This document shows positions 19,408 through 30,358 of a stretch of DNA of 64,000 bases, one piece after another; positions within the stretch are counted from its first letter, which is position 1, and each line of letters starts with the position of its first letter. The notes beneath the pieces were generated by a model. That model was not told the DNA's origin. It saw only the letters and a list, made by a program, of their open reading frames with translations, and did no database searches. The DNA is from Bdellovibrionales bacterium (lineage in GTDB: Bacteria; Bdellovibrionota; Bdellovibrionia; Bdellovibrionales; UBA1609). The translations under genes were made by a program, and so were the position numbers. Location of the stretch: positions 1 through 64,000 of the forward strand of contig DAHVQG010000005.1 of NCBI GenBank assembly GCA_027317865.1, written 5' to 3'.

Positions 19408-20010
19408 ATGAGCATTAAATTCATACTGGGTTTTATCTTTCTAAGCTTTATTTTAGCCGGGTGTGGACCCACGGCATTTGTAAACGGCAGTTATGATCAA
19501 AATATTAATCGCACCAATTTAATGAACGATCGATGGTCAGAGACGGACATGCAACATACGGTTAGAACCCTTGTGGCAAGTGCCCTGCGTAGCCGCGCAA
19601 TTGCGGATGCTCCTCGTCCGCCAGTTGTTTTAGTAGAACGGTTAAAAAATGACACAAGCGAAGTGATCGATACGAAAAGCATCACAAATATGATTATGGT
19701 TGAACTGTCAAAAAGCGGCAGAGTTCAGTTTATTAACGGATCAGAACGCAAAGCTATGGCTGCGGAATACAAATATGAAAATTCAGGCACGACTTCGCGG
19801 TTTTCAAAAAAGGCTAAAGGGCATCAAGTTGGAGCTGATCTTATTATGAACGGCCGAATTGACTCCATCACACAGCGTGTGGGCAATCGAGAGTCGATTT
19901 ATTATAAAATCACGCTTGAGATGACCAATCTTTCGACTGGTATCATTGTTTGGACGGATCAAAAACAAATACGAAAACTCTACAAGAAACACTCTGTGGC
20001 GTTATTTTGA
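19408..20010 (+). CDS. lpoB: penicillin-binding protein activator LpoB-family lipoprotein
   Basis: Lipobox LAGC; WSETD, NDTSEVID, GADL, YYKITLEMTNLSTGIIVW. Confidence 0.8.
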   Translation: MSIKFILGFIFLSFILAGCGPTAFVNGSYDQNINRTNLMNDRWSETDMQHTVRTLVASALRSRAIADAPRPPVVLVERLKNDTSEVIDTKSITNMIMVELSKSGRVQFINGSERKAMAAEYKYENSGTTSRFSKKAKGHQVGADLIMNGRIDSITQRVGNRESIYYKITLEMTNLSTGIIVWTDQKQIRKLYKKHSVALF

Positions 20011-21245
20011 ATTTTCGTCCCATCTGCTTCTCATTGTTAGTTGCCGCAACTGCGTTTACGACTGTTGGCTGCGCAACTTATCAAGACTATGTAAGGCAAG
20101 CTCGGAACCATCTTGAGGATGGAGATCCCGCGCTTGCCGCAACAGAATTAAAACCACTGGCAAATAAACCAGGCAAAGATCAACTCGTTTACGTACTTGA
20201 TTACGCAACCGCTCTACAGGCTGAAGGACGTTATAAGCTCAGCAACAAGTATTTCGACTTGGCCGATCAGTTGTCGGATTGGAAGGACTACATCAACCTC
20301 AGCCGTGAGGCGGGGTCTCTGCTTTTTGCTCAGGAGTTAGTCCAATATAAGGGCGAAGATTATGAGAAGCTTCTTATTAATCTCATGGAGGCACTCAATT
20401 ATCTTATGCTTGGCGATCATCAGGACGCACGTGTTGAAGTGCGAGCCATGAGCAACAAACTCGCCTATTTCAAAGAAAAAGAGGACAAATCATACGAACA
20501 AAATACTATGGCTCTTTATCTTAGCGGTCTTATGTGGGAGGACGATCATGATTTTGATTCGGCCTATATTGAATACGCCCACGCATATAAACACGACCCG
20601 AATATTCCGTCACTTCATGAAGCGCTCGTGCGAACCGCTAAGCTTGCGGGACGCACTCAAGCCTACAAAAAATGGTCCAAAAAATTTCATATAAAATGGA
20701 ATCCAAAATGGACTGACCCTCATTATGGCGAGCTTGTACTGATCTATGAACAAGGGTGGGCACCTAGAAAATATCCAATGCCAAATGCACCCGAATATCC
20801 CGAACTCTTTCCTGTGCAAAGTGCGACACAATCTGCGCGTCTTATTGTTGCAGGGGGGCCAAGCGTAAAAACTCAAACGGTATTTAGTGTACAAAAAGTT
20901 GCGATGAAGACGCTCAATGGTGAATACAAAACTCTTGCTGAAAAACAGTTGGCCGGTTTTGCAGCAAAACAAGTCGTGGCAAGCCAGGTGAGCCAAAAAA
21001 ATCAAGCATTGGGAACGATCCTTGATATTGCCATGCAAGCTTCTGATCGCGCGGATCTTAGGCAGTGGTCCACTTTACCTCAGACATTTCAAGTCGCTCG
21101 AGTGTTTTTGAAAGTAGGCTCGTACAAGGTATCAGTTCAAGGTTTAACAGCTGATGGCACCCCGTCGATTGATAGCCGGGCGCCACAAACATTTAAGATA
21201 GAGCCGCGCAGAAAGACTTTTTTTATCTGGCGATCATTTCATTGA
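20007..21245 (+). CDS. COG3014-like TPR lipoprotein
   Basis: Lipobox TVGC; YKGEDYEK, ARVEVR, ADLRQWSTLP; a usual neighbour of LpoB; TTG start inferred from stop overlap. Confidence 0.8.
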   Translation: MNFRPICFSLLVAATAFTTVGCATYQDYVRQARNHLEDGDPALAATELKPLANKPGKDQLVYVLDYATALQAEGRYKLSNKYFDLADQLSDWKDYINLSREAGSLLFAQELVQYKGEDYEKLLINLMEALNYLMLGDHQDARVEVRAMSNKLAYFKEKEDKSYEQNTMALYLSGLMWEDDHDFDSAYIEYAHAYKHDPNIPSLHEALVRTAKLAGRTQAYKKWSKKFHIKWNPKWTDPHYGELVLIYEQGWAPRKYPMPNAPEYPELFPVQSATQSARLIVAGGPSVKTQTVFSVQKVAMKTLNGEYKTLAEKQLAGFAAKQVVASQVSQKNQALGTILDIAMQASDRADLRQWSTLPQTFQVARVFLKVGSYKVSVQGLTADGTPSIDSRAPQTFKIEPRRKTFFIWRSFH

Positions 21246-21264
21246 GTTCGTGACTGAGCACGAA

Positions 21265-21822
21265 TTAATTGTTCAGGCCGCGGTTTGAAGTCGGCAAATC
21301 CGGGGTAACCTCTGCGTTGTTACTAAAGCCGGGTTTTGCAGCAGCGTTACTTGCTGCCTTTGTCGCGGCAGCTGCCGAGACAACACGGGCATCCAAAGTT
21401 TGTTTGAGATCGTCATAGGACGGTTTTGCCGCATTAAGCGAAGCATCAAGGGCGGCATCGCGCGCTTGCGCGGCCTGCTTTTCAGCGTAATCAGCCGGAA
21501 AAGCTCCCAACTTTGCAAGATAATTTGAAATGCTACCATTGCCCGTCTGAATGATTTCACGCAGTGTAAATAGCGGTGCGTATTGAGCCACTTTCTTTTC
21601 AGATTCAAAGATAATTTGAGTCAAGGTGGCTGCTGTAATGTCGTTTTTGCTTTTGTTGTCGATCACCATAACATCTTCGTTGGAACGGATCATTTTCGCG
21701 ATGTCATCGAGTGTTACATAGCAACTTTGCTGAGTGTCATAGAGTTTTCGGTTCTGATAACGTTTGATAATTTTTGTTCTCATGCTTGCATTTCCTGCCA
21801 TGATTGTTTCTTGATCGACCAC
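21265..21822 (-). CDS. PhaR-like N-terminal DNA-binding domain protein
   Basis: IIKRYQNRKLYDTQQSCYVTL...DIT-x2-TLTQII; GGAGG 7 nt before GTG. Confidence 0.88.
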   Translation of the reverse strand: MVDQETIMAGNASMRTKIIKRYQNRKLYDTQQSCYVTLDDIAKMIRSNEDVMVIDNKSKNDITAATLTQIIFESEKKVAQYAPLFTLREIIQTGNGSISNYLAKLGAFPADYAEKQAAQARDAALDASLNAAKPSYDDLKQTLDARVVSAAAATKAASNAAAKPGFSNNAEVTPDLPTSNRGLNN

Positions 21823-22068
21823 CAGATAGCCTCCCTCTGATCGTTTAGACGGGCGCAACATAACTGCCGCTGTCACGGCCTGTCAAGCGACCTGGGCCTT
21901 AACTTCGATAAATCACCTATTGCCAAAATCGCTCCGCGTCAACAACCTTTTAGCAATTATGACCCCACCGATTCACCGAACGGTTACCGGGGTCTGTAAG
22001 CTTTGACTAAAGTCTTAGTAAAGTATGCCGATGAGACTTGTATAGAGCAGATATGGGTAAGTCCAAGT

Positions 22069-22518
22069 ATGAAAAATGAAGAAAAATTACAAGATTTTAG
22101 CAGTTTTGACGCGGTTTCGTTGTTTGGTCTGCTTATCATGAGTCTAGCCATCGTCTGGGGGCTTGTTGTGCATGGTACAACCGCCCAAAGGCTGACGGAT
22201 GCACGAATCAACTGCGATCAGATTGCGGTTCAAATCTTAAGTTCGATGAGCGCAAAAACTGCCAGGCGCGTACCCGCATCAAATTTGGACTTTCGTCTGA
22301 TCCAGTACACAAAGAAGGTCGACCCATGGGGCCACCCGTATGCCTATCGAGTTTTAACGGACGGTGCAAATCGGCAGGTCGTCGCCGTTTATTCATCTGG
22401 ACCAAATGGAAGATTTGATACGACAACTCGCGACTTTTTAACTGACCGCGCGGGCCAATTCATAGCAGTTCATTTTCAGGGCGACGATATCGGCACTGTA
22501 CAAAGATCCTGGCGTTAA
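22069..22518 (+). CDS. GspG/pseudopilin-like C-terminal domain protein
   Basis: N-terminal TM, DPWGHPYAY, YSSGPNG, GDDI motifs. Confidence 0.75.
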   Translation: MKNEEKLQDFSSFDAVSLFGLLIMSLAIVWGLVVHGTTAQRLTDARINCDQIAVQILSSMSAKTARRVPASNLDFRLIQYTKKVDPWGHPYAYRVLTDGANRQVVAVYSSGPNGRFDTTTRDFLTDRAGQFIAVHFQGDDIGTVQRSWR

Positions 22519-22669
22519 GAAAATTTGCTAATGCTAGTTCGGCGGGGGCCACGATCTCGATAACTTAATCTTACGCCCGTCACAGTTTGATTCATTTTAC
22601 TAAAGCTTGGTCATCCGAAGTCCGATTTGTTTTCTATAAAGCATTTTTCGGAATGCGGGATGGTCCAAA

Positions 22670-24538
22670 TTGCATAAAAAATTATTTTTTATTTTTTGGT
22701 TTTTATCTGCATCGCTGATGATGGGTTGCTCAACTGTCAAAACGAATAATAATTTAAGCTACGTTCCTAATTCTATCTTGGGCAGTCTCAACCCGGCCCC
22801 GGCAGACTTGGCGCCACAAGACGTGACCGGTAAAAACCTGACAAGCAGCCCTATTTATAAACAAACTGAAGCGGATTCGCATTATGCGCTCGGCGAAGCG
22901 TATAGCCTTAACGGAAATTCAAATCGGGCCATAGAAGAATTTAAATTGGCGACAGTATATGACCCGACTTCGGCAACTATTCGCTTGCGCCTTGCAGGAG
23001 AATATTTACAAAAGGGATTGTTAACCGAAGCCGTCGAGCAGGCGCAAAAAGCTGAAAAGCTCGCTCCCAATGATAATAATGTACACATCTTTCTGGGTGG
23101 AGTTTATCAAGCGCTTCAAATGTATCCCCAATCGGAGGCGGAATATAAATCTATATTGGCGCGCGATCCAAAACAGGTCGATGCTCTCATTTATTTGGGG
23201 GCAGTAATGGCTGAACAGGAACGCTATGCAAGCGCCGCCGGGTATTTTAAAAAAGCGGCCGCAACACATTCGGATAAAAGCGCCCTTGCATATTACTATC
23301 TAGGAAAAATGCGAGCGAGCCAAGGCAAACGATACTACAAAAAAGCTGAATACGCGTTTGGCAAGAGCCTTGAGTTAAATCCCCGCTCCTCAGAAAGCGC
23401 GCTCGCTTTGTCTGACCTCTACGCGGCTGAAGGGCAAGAAAAAAAGGGAATTAAATTGCTTGAGTCGTTTGAGCAACAGTACGGCCCGAATCAAGACGTG
23501 GCGTCTCAGTTGAGCCAGATCTTTCTTGACGATAAAAATTATTCCGAAGCGCTCAAAAATTTAGAGGTTCTTGAGGGATTTGATGAGTCGGATCTAAACG
23601 TAAAAGTAAAAATCGCACTCATTCTGATCGAGGAGCAAAATTACAACGGCGCTATATATAAGCTTCAGCAAATTTTAGCCGCCGCGCCGAATTCCAACAA
23701 AATCCGTTTCTACCTTGGCGCCGTTTACGAACAGACCAAACAGTATCAGTTGGCGGCAGATTCCTACGAAAAAATTCAAAGCTCCAGCGAATATTATGCG
23801 GACGCCATTGTGCATGCGGCCTACTTACTTCAGAAGCTGAATCAGGACGGAGCCGCGAAAAAATTGTTAAAGGTGGCTCTTACAAAGCGCGACAATGTGC
23901 CGCAATTTTATGCTTTTTATGCTTCACTCTTAGACAACGAACATCAATATCAACAAGGGATAACTCTTCTGAATAGCGCCGTTAAAAAATTTCCGGCGAA
24001 TACGCAGCTGCGCTACTACCTGGGCGCGATGTATGATGACGTTGGCCAACGGCAAAAAACCGTAGCAGAAATGAAAAAAATATTATCGATTGATGCCGAT
24101 CACGTACAGGCTTTGAACTACTTGGCGTATACTTACGCCGAAGAAGGAAAGCATCTTAGCTCTGCCGAAAAATTGGCACAAAAGGCAATGCTTCTGCAAC
24201 CCAATGATCCTTACATTTTAGATACAATGGGGTGGGTACTTTTCAAACAAGGGCGCGTGGGCGACGCGATTCAATATTTGGAAGCTGCTTACAAATTAAA
24301 CAATCATGAAAGTGTGATTGCCGAACATCTTGGCGACGCTTATGATGTCTTCGAGTTGACTGATAAAGCCAAACAGATGTACGAGAGGGCGGCGGCAATT
24401 GAACATGATCCAGCGAAAGAAAGTGAAATTCGAGCCAAGCTTTTGTCTCTCGGGGCGACCTCCGGCAAGGGGCAAGTTTTGGCACATCCGGCTTCGGTGG
24501 ATCAAAAAGTACTCGCGCGAAAGCCGGCCTCATTATAA
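22670..24538 (+). CDS. TPR-repeat lipoprotein
   Basis: Lipobox MMGC; many TPRs; ALNYLAY and ILDTMGWV C-terminal motifs. Confidence 0.9.
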   Translation: MHKKLFFIFWFLSASLMMGCSTVKTNNNLSYVPNSILGSLNPAPADLAPQDVTGKNLTSSPIYKQTEADSHYALGEAYSLNGNSNRAIEEFKLATVYDPTSATIRLRLAGEYLQKGLLTEAVEQAQKAEKLAPNDNNVHIFLGGVYQALQMYPQSEAEYKSILARDPKQVDALIYLGAVMAEQERYASAAGYFKKAAATHSDKSALAYYYLGKMRASQGKRYYKKAEYAFGKSLELNPRSSESALALSDLYAAEGQEKKGIKLLESFEQQYGPNQDVASQLSQIFLDDKNYSEALKNLEVLEGFDESDLNVKVKIALILIEEQNYNGAIYKLQQILAAAPNSNKIRFYLGAVYEQTKQYQLAADSYEKIQSSSEYYADAIVHAAYLLQKLNQDGAAKKLLKVALTKRDNVPQFYAFYASLLDNEHQYQQGITLLNSAVKKFPANTQLRYYLGAMYDDVGQRQKTVAEMKKILSIDADHVQALNYLAYTYAEEGKHLSSAEKLAQKAMLLQPNDPYILDTMGWVLFKQGRVGDAIQYLEAAYKLNNHESVIAEHLGDAYDVFELTDKAKQMYERAAAIEHDPAKESEIRAKLLSLGATSGKGQVLAHPASVDQKVLARKPASL

Positions 24539-25232
24539 TTCGAAAACTAAAATACAAAAACTTGGTAAAATTTTAAGTTTAGTCGGCTTATCGGGGCTGC
24601 TTTTTGTCGGGATGGCCGGTTGCACGACAATGATGCCTCGCCGTTTTTCGAGATTAAATGAAGGCCAGTGGCAAGCAAAGGTGCTACTTCATGACAAGCA
24701 AACGGACCATTCGGGTATCGTTAATGTTACAATCAAGGCGGTAAAGGATAAACACCTTCGATTGGACATCACCTCGCCGATGGGCACATATTTGGGGAGT
24801 GTAACAATCAACGGCCGACAATTTAATTATTTAAGTGTCAGCGACCGAACAATTTATCACATGCCAGCGAACCGTCGGGCCATGCGCGCGGTTCTGAAAG
24901 TCGCGATGTCCCCAAGCGTTCTTTACGACGTCTTGTTTGATAATGCGCCCACGGGCCGTAATTGGGTTTGCCATCTTGATAGATACGGCTATCTACATTC
25001 GTGTATGAATAGGCATGAGAAATTAAAAATTTTGTGGCTCAGTCGGCGGGCGGATTCCCGAACAATAGAAATTGACGACCCGCAGGCGCAAGTGCAAATG
25101 GACCTGTACGATTTTAACGCGCAAATCCCAGGGCTTCAGACAGCATTTATTTTAAAAGCCCCGAGCTCATTTAAGGTAAAGAATTTGGGATACCGTCAAA
25201 CGTCTAGATCTGAGACGTTCGGTCGTAATTGA
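24399..25232 (+). CDS. LolB-like lipoprotein
   Basis: Lipobox MAGC; LRLDITSPMG motif; follows the TPR gene as lolB usually does; real start probably near 24540. Confidence 0.6.
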   Translation: MNMIQRKKVKFEPSFCLSGRPPARGKFWHIRLRWIKKYSRESRPHYNSKTKIQKLGKILSLVGLSGLLFVGMAGCTTMMPRRFSRLNEGQWQAKVLLHDKQTDHSGIVNVTIKAVKDKHLRLDITSPMGTYLGSVTINGRQFNYLSVSDRTIYHMPANRRAMRAVLKVAMSPSVLYDVLFDNAPTGRNWVCHLDRYGYLHSCMNRHEKLKILWLSRRADSRTIEIDDPQAQVQMDLYDFNAQIPGLQTAFILKAPSSFKVKNLGYRQTSRSETFGRN

Positions 25233-25304
25233 TTCGTCATTCCGGCATAATTAATTAAAGGCTGCGGCACTCGCGACCGGCAAGCCTTACGTTGGGAGCA
25301 AGCA

Positions 25305-27365
25305 ATGTCAGCAGGAGACTGGGGAAATATAAATTTTCAAACTATGCTACGAGACTGGCAGAACTCCAAAGAGTATCGGGATCTCAATTGGGTTGGTAGT
25401 TTTAACGACTACATCAATCTCGTAAAGCGAAACCCCAAAATTTCCCGCAATGCTTTTCAACGAATGTATGACCTCATTGTCGAAAAAGGGTTTGAGGAAT
25501 ACGTCGACGTGAAGAAACACGTCCTTCATTATAAATTTTTTGACGACGAAGAAAATGGCGGCAGAGATGCGGTTTTCGGACTTGATATTCCCCTTATGAA
25601 GCTTGTGAATATTTTAAAGGCTGCGGCCCAAGGCTACGGCGCGGAAAAGCGCGTAATTCTATTGCACGGTCCTGTGGGGAGCGCGAAATCTACCGTTTGC
25701 CGGATGCTCAAAAAAGGTGTGGAGGCCTATTCGAAAAGCGACCAAGGTGCCGTCTACACTTTTGAGTGGTTTGATGAAGCAGGTGAACACGAAGACATTT
25801 TCGGCAAAGGAGTTCGGATTTTTCCAAGCCCCATGCATGAGGAGCCGCTCCTGCTCGTTCCCGAAGAAATGCGCCCGAAGCTTTGCGATGAGTTAAATCG
25901 AAGCGTAAAGGACGATTTTCGCGTACAAATTCAAGGTGAACTTTGCCCGCCGAGCCGCTTTATCATGAGACGGCTCTTAGAAAAATATAATGGCAATATC
26001 GAGCGTGTTTTTAATCACGTGCGCGTGAAGAGACTTATTTTGAGCGAAGCGGATCGCGTCGGCATTGGCACCTTTCAGCCAAAAGACGAAAAAAACCAAG
26101 ACAGCACCGAGCTCACCGGCGATCTCAATTATAGAAAAATTGCGGAGTACGGCTCGGATTCGGACCCGCGGGCATTTAATTTTGACGGCGAATTCAATAT
26201 TGCCAATCGCGGAGTCATCGAGTTTGTCGAGGTTCTAAAGCTCGACGTTGCATTTTTGTACGACCTTTTGGGGGCTTCTCAAGAGCATCGGGTGAAACCA
26301 AAAAAGTTTGCTCAAACCCATATTGACGAAGTCATCATCGGCCATACCAACGAGCCCGAGTTTAGGCGGCTGCAAGATAACGAATTCATGGAGGCTTTGC
26401 GCGACCGCACAGTGCGCATCGACATCCCGTACATCACAAAGTGGAACGAAGAAATTAAAATATACAAAAAGGATTTTAACAGTAAGCGCTTAAAGGGCGT
26501 GAGTATTGCCCCGCACACAATTGAAATGGCGGCCATGTGGGCGGTGCTGACCCGCCTCGAAAAGCCCAAAAAAGCGAATCTCACGCGAGTGCAAAAACTT
26601 AAACTTTATGATGGCAAAACAATTCCGAATTTTACTGAAGACAATGTGAAAGAACTTCGAAAAGAAGCCAAGCGTGAGGGCTTAGACGGAATTTCACCCC
26701 GGTACATTCAAGATAAAATTTCTAATGCGATTGTAATGGCTCAACAACTCAATCGCGGGTCTGTGAGCCCGATGTTGGTTCTCAATGAACTCGAGTCGGG
26801 CCTTAAAAATCATCCGCTCATGGCCAATAACGAAGAAATTCGAAACGACTATCGGGAACTTATCGGCGTGGTTAAGCAAGAGTACGAAGAAATTATTAAG
26901 GCCGAGGTTCAACATGCAGTGAGTAACGACGAGGGCGCATTAGATCGCTTGTGTTCAAATTATATTGAGAACGTAAAGGCCTATACGCAGGGCAAAGAGG
27001 TCGACGAGCGACTCATGCGATCGATTGAAGATAAAATCGATATACCGGAATCAAGAAAAGACGACTTTCGACACGAAATACGCAATTACATCGATTCACA
27101 CGCGCTCGAAGGCAAAAAATTTGATTACAAGACAAACGAGCGGCTCCACCGGGCATTTGAACGAAAATTATTTGAGGATGAGCGCGACACGATAAAACTC
27201 ACCGCCCACATTTCTTCAGAAGATAGCAAAGAAACGCGTGAAAAAGTCGACATTGTGAAATCAAGACTTATAAAGGAATTTGGTTACGACGAAATTTCGG
27301 CCCACGATGTACTAGAGCATGTAGCCGGGATTTTCGCGCGAGGCGATGTAAAAGAGAAAAAATAG
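25305..27365 (+). CDS. prkA: PrkA/YeaG AAA+ serine protein kinase
   Basis: [41 protein letters not shown]. Confidence 0.95.
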   Translation: MSAGDWGNINFQTMLRDWQNSKEYRDLNWVGSFNDYINLVKRNPKISRNAFQRMYDLIVEKGFEEYVDVKKHVLHYKFFDDEENGGRDAVFGLDIPLMKLVNILKAAAQGYGAEKRVILLHGPVGSAKSTVCRMLKKGVEAYSKSDQGAVYTFEWFDEAGEHEDIFGKGVRIFPSPMHEEPLLLVPEEMRPKLCDELNRSVKDDFRVQIQGELCPPSRFIMRRLLEKYNGNIERVFNHVRVKRLILSEADRVGIGTFQPKDEKNQDSTELTGDLNYRKIAEYGSDSDPRAFNFDGEFNIANRGVIEFVEVLKLDVAFLYDLLGASQEHRVKPKKFAQTHIDEVIIGHTNEPEFRRLQDNEFMEALRDRTVRIDIPYITKWNEEIKIYKKDFNSKRLKGVSIAPHTIEMAAMWAVLTRLEKPKKANLTRVQKLKLYDGKTIPNFTEDNVKELRKEAKREGLDGISPRYIQDKISNAIVMAQQLNRGSVSPMLVLNELESGLKNHPLMANNEEIRNDYRELIGVVKQEYEEIIKAEVQHAVSNDEGALDRLCSNYIENVKAYTQGKEVDERLMRSIEDKIDIPESRKDDFRHEIRNYIDSHALEGKKFDYKTNERLHRAFERKLFEDERDTIKLTAHISSEDSKETREKVDIVKSRLIKEFGYDEISAHDVLEHVAGIFARGDVKEKK

Positions 27366-27394
27366 GGCCGGCAAATCCCCCTGCGAGTATCACT

Positions 27395-28492
27395 ATGTCG
27401 ATTTTAGAAGACCATCGACGGTTTCGCGAAATTATTAAGGGCCGTATCAAGCAACATTTCAAGAAATACGTCACACAAGGCGAAATGATCGGAAAGCAAG
27501 AAAAGGAATTTGTGAAAATTCCTGTGCCGTCGATTGAAATTCCAAAATTTAAATATGGACCGAAGGATCAAAGCGGAGTGGGCCAGGGTCAGGGTCAACC
27601 CGGTGACGCCGTTCAAGGCCAGCAAGGTGAAGGCAAAGGTCAAGCTGGTGATACCCCCGGTCAACATATGCTTGAAGTCGACGTTTCACTTGAAGAACTC
27701 GCCGACATTTTGGGCGAAGAATTGGAGCTTCCGCGTATTCAGCCAAAAGGCAATAAGACAATTGAAACAGTACAGACGCGCTACACGGGTCGCTCCCCGA
27801 TTGGACCGAACTCCCTGCGGCTTTTTAAACAAAGTTACAAAGAGGCGCTGAAGAGGCAAATTACAGAAGGCACTTACAACGCCGACGATCCTGTTGTGGT
27901 ACCGATTAAAGACGATATGCGTTTTCGGACGTTTAAAAAAGTAACCCGCCCGCAAGCCAACGCAGTAGTCATCTATATGATGGATGTTTCTGGCTCGATG
28001 GGCGATGAGCAAAAAGAAATTGTGCGGCTTGAAAGTTTTTGGATTAATACATGGCTAAGGCGAAATTATCGCGGCCTTGAAACTCGATTTATCATTCACG
28101 ATGCCGCGGCAAAAGAAGTTGATGAGAAAACTTTTTTCTCGACTAGTGAATCCGGCGGCACGCTGATCTCTTCGGCCTATAAGCTTGCGCGAAAAATCGT
28201 AGAAGAAGAATATCCGGCGAACGCTTGGAATATCTACCCGTTTCATTTCAGCGACGGAGACAATTGGAGCGGCGAAGACACGCGCGTTTGCCTAAGCCTT
28301 CTTAAAGATTTTTTTCTTCCGAGTGTTAATATGTTTGGCTACGGCCAAGTTGAGTCGAAATACGGCTCGGGTCAATTTCTCAAAGATCTTGAAAAGGCGT
28401 TTACCGCTGACGATCGTTTAGTAATGAGTAAAATTGAAAATCGCGATAAAATCATGCAATCGATAAAAGAATTTTTGGGCCGGGGTCGCTGA
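27395..28492 (+). CDS. yeaH: YeaH/YhbH (DUF444) vWA-like protein
   Basis: DHRRF, MMDVSGSM, SESGGT, FHFSDGDNW. Confidence 0.93.
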   Translation: MSILEDHRRFREIIKGRIKQHFKKYVTQGEMIGKQEKEFVKIPVPSIEIPKFKYGPKDQSGVGQGQGQPGDAVQGQQGEGKGQAGDTPGQHMLEVDVSLEELADILGEELELPRIQPKGNKTIETVQTRYTGRSPIGPNSLRLFKQSYKEALKRQITEGTYNADDPVVVPIKDDMRFRTFKKVTRPQANAVVIYMMDVSGSMGDEQKEIVRLESFWINTWLRRNYRGLETRFIIHDAAAKEVDEKTFFSTSESGGTLISSAYKLARKIVEEEYPANAWNIYPFHFSDGDNWSGEDTRVCLSLLKDFFLPSVNMFGYGQVESKYGSGQFLKDLEKAFTADDRLVMSKIENRDKIMQSIKEFLGRGR

Positions 28493-28514
28493 TGAAAGTA
28501 AAAGGGTGTTGTAG

Positions 28515-29948
28515 ATGAGCGAAAAACGCCTGCCGCAAGAGCTTGAAAAGGCCCGCATCTATATCTGTGACGAGGCCAGAAAGCACGGGCTTGATTTTTT
28601 CGAAACAATTTTTGAGCTTGTAACCTACAAACAGCTCAACGAAATCGCGGCCAAGGGGGGATTCCCCACGCGTTACCCGCACTGGCGTTTCGGTATGGAT
28701 TACGAACAGCTTTCAAAAAGTTACGAATTTGGACTGTCAAAAATTTATGAACTCGTAATCAACAACGATCCTTGCTACGCGTATCTTATGGAAGGCAACG
28801 ACTTTGTCGACCAAAAACTCGTTATGGCCCACGTCTACGGGCACTGTGATTTTTTTAAAAACAATAAATGGTTCGGAAAGACAAACCGCAAGATGATTAA
28901 CGAAATGGCTAACCATGCGGTCAAAGTTCGCAGACTCATTGACGAGCACGGCCTCGATGTCGTCGAAGATTTTATCGACCGTTGTTTGAGCTTAGAAAAT
29001 TTAATCAACGCATACAGTGTTTATAAGGGCCCGTCGATTTCACGCCAGAGAAACGGTCAGGAGGTCGAAAGCCCGCCCACTCTTGATCGGGCAGAGCGGG
29101 ACATTTTAAAATTTCTTCTTGATTATGCGCCACTAGAAGAATGGCAACATGCCGTCTTAAACATCGTCCGCGATGAAGCCTACTATTTCGCTCCACAAGC
29201 GATGACAAAAATAATGAATGAGGGATGGGCATCATATTGGCACGCAAAACTCATGACTGAGCGGGTTTTGCACGATTGTGAAATTGTGGACTTTGCTGAC
29301 CGGCACAGCGGGGCGCTGGTGATGCCCCCGTCAGGTTTTAATCCGTATAAAATTGGTATCGAGCTTTTTCGGGAGATTGAATCGCGCTGGAACCGCGGGC
29401 AGTTTGGGCCGGAGTGGGAAAGCTGTGACGATTTAGCGGCAAAAAAAAATTGGGATACAAAAGTGGGCCGGGGGCGTGAAAAGATTTTCGAAGTCCGGCG
29501 CGACTATAACGATGTTACATTTATTGACGAGTTTTTAACCGAAGGATTTTGTCGCGAGCACAAAATGTTCGTTTATCATTTTAATAAGCGAACAGGGCAA
29601 TTCGAGGTCGACAATCGCGATTTTAAAACGATAAAGAAAAAGTTTTTATTTCAGATTACGAACATGGGCATGCCGATCATCAGTGTTGTCGACGGCAATT
29701 TCAATCAAAACGGCGAGCTCCTCCTCACGCATCTTTTTGAGGGTGTTGAAATGCAGCCCGATTACATGCGGGCAACAATGGAGAATCTCTTTGCGCTTTG
29801 GAAGAAGCCGGTTCACGTTGCGACGGTTATGGATGGTGAAGGGCGAATTTTCACCTGGGATGGATCGGAATTTCGTCATTCGCCTTTTGGAGACATTGCT
29901 GTCGCAGCGGACGACAAAGAAGAAGCGGAATCAACCGAATCCGATTAA
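28515..29948 (+). CDS. spoVR: SpoVR/YcgB family protein
   Basis: RYPHWRFG, IYELVINNDP, AHVYGHCDFF, TKIMNEGWASYWH. Confidence 0.95.
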   Translation: MSEKRLPQELEKARIYICDEARKHGLDFFETIFELVTYKQLNEIAAKGGFPTRYPHWRFGMDYEQLSKSYEFGLSKIYELVINNDPCYAYLMEGNDFVDQKLVMAHVYGHCDFFKNNKWFGKTNRKMINEMANHAVKVRRLIDEHGLDVVEDFIDRCLSLENLINAYSVYKGPSISRQRNGQEVESPPTLDRAERDILKFLLDYAPLEEWQHAVLNIVRDEAYYFAPQAMTKIMNEGWASYWHAKLMTERVLHDCEIVDFADRHSGALVMPPSGFNPYKIGIELFREIESRWNRGQFGPEWESCDDLAAKKNWDTKVGRGREKIFEVRRDYNDVTFIDEFLTEGFCREHKMFVYHFNKRTGQFEVDNRDFKTIKKKFLFQITNMGMPIISVVDGNFNQNGELLLTHLFEGVEMQPDYMRATMENLFALWKKPVHVATVMDGEGRIFTWDGSEFRHSPFGDIAVAADDKEEAESTESD

Positions 29949-30358
29949 TGCGTCTTTTCTACCCGATACTCTGTTTGACAGCTTGGACATTTAACCCAAA
30001 ACGGATATTGATCGGCGCGCTTACTGGGCAACATGATATCGGCGTGGCATTTCTCGCATTTGAGTTTTATATTTTCGATTTCGACATTGTCGACATAAGC
30101 ATTCACGGCCATAAAAATAGAAAGCAATAAAAAGCCGGGAACCAAAATCAAGTGTAATATTGGGACAAATACGGCGCCGACCGCGAGGCCCAAAAAAATA
30201 AAATAACTTTTGGCGGCCTTTCTAAGGCGCACTCGATTTGGAATCCGTGACAGTACCGCTTGACCGGAAATCGGCGCGACGACCTCCGCGTCTGATGAGT
30301 TTTCAGTTTTGGGGACTTGGCGCGTGGCTTGTATGGGTACTAGCTCGGGTTCATTCAT
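29945..30358 (-). CDS. membrane protein with C-terminal zinc ribbon
   Basis: Two TM helices (VPILHLILVPG), CEKC...CPSC; GGAG RBS before ATG 30358; the upstream ORF extension is the off-frame shadow of the acidic tail. Confidence 0.75.
   Translation of the reverse strand: MNEPELVPIQATRQVPKTENSSDAEVVAPISGQAVLSRIPNRVRLRKAAKSYFIFLGLAVGAVFVPILHLILVPGFLLLSIFMAVNAYVDNVEIENIKLKCEKCHADIMLPSKRADQYPFWVKCPSCQTEYRVEKTH

Noticed and set aside
21265-21822. PHA synthesis locus
   Set aside because: Only the PhaR-like DNA-binding domain is present; no phaC/phaA/phaB nearby
25305-29948. prkA-yeaH-spoVR as a novel system or sporulation locus
   Set aside because: Well-known conserved triad in many non-sporulating bacteria
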